A stretch of DNA of 64,000 bases, taken from assembly GCF_009914755.1 (NCBI RefSeq), contig NC_060934.1; one strand, written 5' to 3'. Positions 59,155 through 64,000 of this stretch are shown in pieces (the stretch's first letter is position 1; the number at the start of each line of letters is the position of its first letter). A program made the position numbers and the translations under genes. The notes under the pieces were generated by a model, which worked only from the letters and a program-made list of their open reading frames with translations, was not told where the DNA came from and made no database searches. This DNA is from the human T2T-CHM13v2.0 reference genome, Homo sapiens.

Positions 59155-59420
59155 GGTTGTTTTTGTTTGTTCTTGTTGTTGTTATTGGTGTTTTTCTTGA
59201 GACGGAGTCTCGCTTGGTCACCCAGTCTGGAGTGCAGTGGCGCAATCTTGGCTCACTGCAATCTCCATCTCCTGGGTTGAAGCGATTCTCCTGCCTCAGC
59301 CTCCCAAGTAGCTGGGACTACAGGTGCGCACTGTCACTCCTGGCTAATTTTTGTATTTTTAGTAGAGACAGGGTTTCACCATGCTGGCCAGGCTGGTCTT
59401 AAACTCCTGACCTCAAGTGA
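59155..59420 (-). mobile_element. AluS, 5'-truncated
   Basis: Antisense Alu stopping at 'cctgacctcaagtga'; degenerate (GTT)n tail. Confidence 0.92.
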
Positions 59421-60669
59421 AATTACATTTCCTCCAGTGCATTAATTCTAGATACAGATACTTTTATTTAAACTAATTGTGAGTTGTTTTAGAGTTATAT
59501 TCAAATAAATGAGGATATGATAAATTAGTAACAGCTAGCTAATAAATCCAGCACACTCTACACAAAAAGCTAATTTATTCAAGTATAGATGAGTAACTCC
59601 TGCTTGAATGATTTACCAAGCTACTATAAAATGGTCTTTAAAAGCTAGCTACTAATCAATCGTGTTTTGCATTTGGAACTTCCACTGAAAGATGGGAAAA
59701 GGATGGCTCAAAGTATAATTCTTTTTCAAAAGATCAACGTTAAAAAACAGAAAAATTTGTGTTAGGTTCCTGTTATATATATATTAAAGATGAGTAGCTC
59801 AAGCAGTAGGCAAAAAACTAGCAAAACGAAGTTATATAAACTGTTCAAATCAGATATCATACAATTTGTGCATGGTCACTGGAGAAAGTAAAAACACCAT
59901 TAATATTACATAAGCTTATTAAAATACAATCCCTCAAATTACTAGTTACTAGTAATCAATTCATTATTAGTTATAAGGGTTATTACCAAAAAAATACTAC
60001 TTTCTTAGGCCACTCACAAACTGATTATTAAAACAATTTATAGGTCTGGATCTTAGACTGTCAATTTTATTTAAATAACCACAGATGATTTTAATGTGCA
60101 GCCAAATTTGAAAAACACTGGTAGTTGACTACATTTTTTATGGAGAATCTCAATTTATTCATTCACTCTGAAGGATTAATAAGTAACTATGGAAATATCA
60201 ATTTATGGCAATTAATATATATATATGTATATATATAGTATTATAATTCATTCACCTGTGTGTTCTATTCCCAGCGCTATGCTTAAACCAGTGACAAAAC
60301 TTCCATGGCTTCAGTGCTTCATTTGTAAAATAAATGATAGTCTAAATTATTTTAAAACCCTTTCTACCTCTAAAACTCTAACCTAGTATTAATGATGTAT
60401 CTCCAGGGCAAAGGGCAGAAACCTATGACATTTACCTGGGGTGTTTTGGTCAGCACCATCTGTTCATACCCCAAGAGATGTTCACATACTATTCTATGTC
60501 CACCACCACTACCACCACCAACACATACAAACCACAGGCCTAAAAAATAAGACACTAAAAGTCAGAAACCACTTTTTTTCATTCTTCCTTAGTATCTCAC
60601 AAAAAAACTGCCGTAAGTGGGTAGGAAGAAAGAATCTACAATTTGCTAAGCAAAGTTTTCAGATAAGAC

Positions 60670-61522
<853 letters not shown>

Positions 61523-62504
61523 CCGAGTCTATCAATGCATCCTTCCAACATAGGGGAGGATTAAAATGCACTGCATTCACAGAGTTTTAATGCTAGCTTG
61601 GCTACTCTCTGGTTGAGTGGTTTAGGGTAAGTCCTTCTCTGAGCAAGTAGCCTCTCAGAGACTTAAATTTCTGCTATGTAAAATGAGATTTGTGATACTG
61701 CTGCCTAGCTCCTAACTGTGAGAATTACAGAAGAGAATTTGTAATGTGAAAATTGCACAGTATCTGGCACTTAGGTGATAGCTATAATGTGATTATTAAG
61801 TATAAGAAAGTCTGTTAGCTGTTTTGAGATGCTACAAAAATGTTTTATATCAGGAAATTATGAGCAAAAGATTTACATTGAATAAATGTGAGTGTTCCAA
61901 AGTTGGGAGGAGAGAACATTTACATCCTGACTTGGGTTATCCTATGAAGCATTAGGAAGCTTCAGCCCTGAAGTCTGTTTCAGGTGTGACAGAGAAAGGT
62001 GGAGGACCACAGACACAGCTGTGCTAACCCTTTGACAGAGAAATGTACTGATTTTCTCAATAATATGGGAAAATGCATAATTATAGTCACAGAATTATTC
62101 CCTCTTGTTTTGTCAATGGCAAAACAAAACTCTTCTATGTATCATCTTCAGCCACATGGTGACACGTAATTCCACTCACATGCCTCTTCATGCGCATATG
62201 TGGAACACTCATTTTCCTTCTTAAAAAAGTATACTCAAACATCCTTTGCAACAACTTCCCTGATTCTCTCAGACAGAATTTGCTCCCCACTCCCTCTATA
62301 TTCTCATATCACTATGAATGTTTATTGTACATATTATATAATATTATGATTTGTTTTAGGTAGTTGTGTATCCCTCTCCACTTCCCACTGTCCCATGAGT
62401 GTGTTGAGTGTGGGAACTGCATCATGAGTGCACAAGTGGGGCACTAAGCCCATGTGCCTGGCTGGAAATACATCACAGGTGAGCCATAGAGTTGAACATG
62501 TCCT

Positions 62505-62678
62505 AGTCCCTTGCTATTCAAGTGTTGTACTTGGACCAGAAGCCCCAGAATCACCTGGGAGCCTGTTAAAAATAAAGAATCTAAAACCACCCAAAACCTA
62601 CTGAGTCAGAATCTGCATTTTAATAAGATCCACAGGGTATTCATGTGTGCACTTATATTTGAAAAGCATTTCTCTAGC
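62505..62678. mobile_element. MER5A DNA transposon
   Basis: 'cagaatcacctgggagcctgttaaaaat...cctactgagtcagaatctgcattttaataagatcc'. Confidence 0.8.
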
Positions 62679-62864
62679 ATAAGCTGCAGTCCGGCTTCCC
62701 TCATTGAAATGTACTCAATCTTTCCTGACAGGAAATACCTAAAGACATTTTTTCAAACCCCTTTCTCAATTTTTGAAGACAAATAATTTAGTATAGTTTG
62801 GTTAAAAAACATAATTTCTTTTTGACCACATATACATATGCTTTTTTAAAAATCTGGATTACTT

Positions 62865-63385
62865 TATAATTTTTATTTTTTCATTTTTGTGGGTACATGG
62901 TAGGTGTATATATTTATGAGGTACATGAGATATTTTGACACAGGTGTGCAGTGTGAAATAAGCACATCATGGAGAATTAGATATCCATTCCCTCAAACCT
63001 TTATCCTCTTATCCTCTGAGTTACAGATAATCCAATTACACTCTAAGTTATGTTACAATGTACAATTAAGTTATTATTGATGATAGTCATCCTATTATGC
63101 TATCAAATAATAGGTCTTACTCATTCTTTGTAACTACTTTTTGTACCCATACACCCCCTCACCCCCCACTACCATTTCTAGTCGATGGTAACCATTATTC
63201 TACTCTCAATGTCCATGAGTTCAATTGTTTTGATTTTTAGATCCCACAAATTTTGTGCCTGGGATATTTCACTTAACATAATGACCTCCAGTTCCACCCA
63301 TGTTGTTGCAAATGACTGGATCTCATTCTTTTTTTGTGACTGAATACTACTCCATTGTGAATATGTACCACATTTTATCTATTCA
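62865..63385 (-). mobile_element. L1MA (MA2-4-like) 3' end
   Basis: 'tttttgtgggtacatggtaggtgtatatatttatgaggtacatgagatattttga'. Confidence 0.88.
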
Positions 63386-63409
63386 TAAAGAATAAAGAAT
63401 ATCTATTCA

Positions 63410-63639
63410 AGGACTTTGCGACTCTTGGACCTTTGGCCTCAGACTGAAGGCTGCACTGTCAATTTCCCTAATTTTGAGGTTTTGGAACTCAGACTGGCTT
63501 CCTTGCTCCTCAGCGTGCAGACAGCCTATTGTGGGACCTCACCTTGTGATTGTGCGAGTCCATACTCCTTAATAAACTCCCCTTTATATATACATCTATC
63601 ATATTAGTTCTGTCCCTCTAGAGAACCCTTACTAATACA
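63410..63639 (+). mobile_element. MLT2A (ERVL) LTR, 3' half only
   Basis: 'cagactgaaggctgcactgtc...ttccttgctcctcagc.tgcagac.gcctattgtgggac...tctgtccctctagagaaccct.actaataca'. Confidence 0.88.
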
Positions 63640-63644
63640 GGCAA

Positions 63645-63775
63645 ACACTGTCCTGAGTGCTTTACCTGCATTGGTTCATTTCATTTTACAACAATTTTGA
63701 GAAGCTGGTATTATTATCCCCATTTTATAGAGGAAGCAACTGACATTCAGAAAGGTAAAGTGTTTTTCTCAAGGT
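63645..63775 (-). mobile_element. MIR fragment
   Basis: 'ggtattattatccccattttatagaggaagcaactga..ttcagaaaggtaaagtg'. Confidence 0.7.
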
Positions 63776-64000
63776 GTTGTGAAAAAATCATCATTTTTAA
63801 TTTTTAAGGCTTACTACATATTATGTTTACACCTGAAATTAATTTATGGAAATAATTTTCTGGAGGATGTAATGATAAGCATCAGCAATGCCTTAATAGG
63901 GGTGTTGTCAATTGACACATTAGGGAAGTCCAATACATGAGGACTGACCTATAATAGAGTCAATTCAGTGCCAATACCAGTTTCTGATGGACTATGAGAT

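Overview
AT-rich, CpG-depleted primate genomic DNA, probably human or hominoid (it carries AluY and L1PA elements). It reads as gene-free intergenic or deep-intronic sequence. I found no host protein-coding exon, RNA gene, CpG island or CRISPR array. Much of the window is transposable-element derived. This includes a full-length dead L1PA (~L1PA6, 33.3-39.5 kb, with target-site duplications, TSDs), several truncated or rearranged L1s, about ten Alu/FLAM elements, and many MIR, MER5 and MER20 fragments. It also holds a complete LTR-internal-LTR MST (MaLR) provirus and many solo LTRs, six of them clustered at 46.8-52.2 kb. Nearly all ORF-track entries are Alu, L1 or LTR translations or chance ORFs. 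I cannot support a new gene-encoded system. The most notable signals are repair and retrotransposition scars: a tail-less, TSD-less rearranged L1 with a templated inversion; an LTR that appears polyadenylated at its R/U5 boundary; a TSD-less L1 abutting a truncated LTR; an ectopic duplication inside the MST provirus; and several fold-back hairpin or template-switch footprints. Subfamily names come from my recall of consensus sequences and need Dfam/RepeatMasker confirmation. Boundaries of old repeats are approximate.
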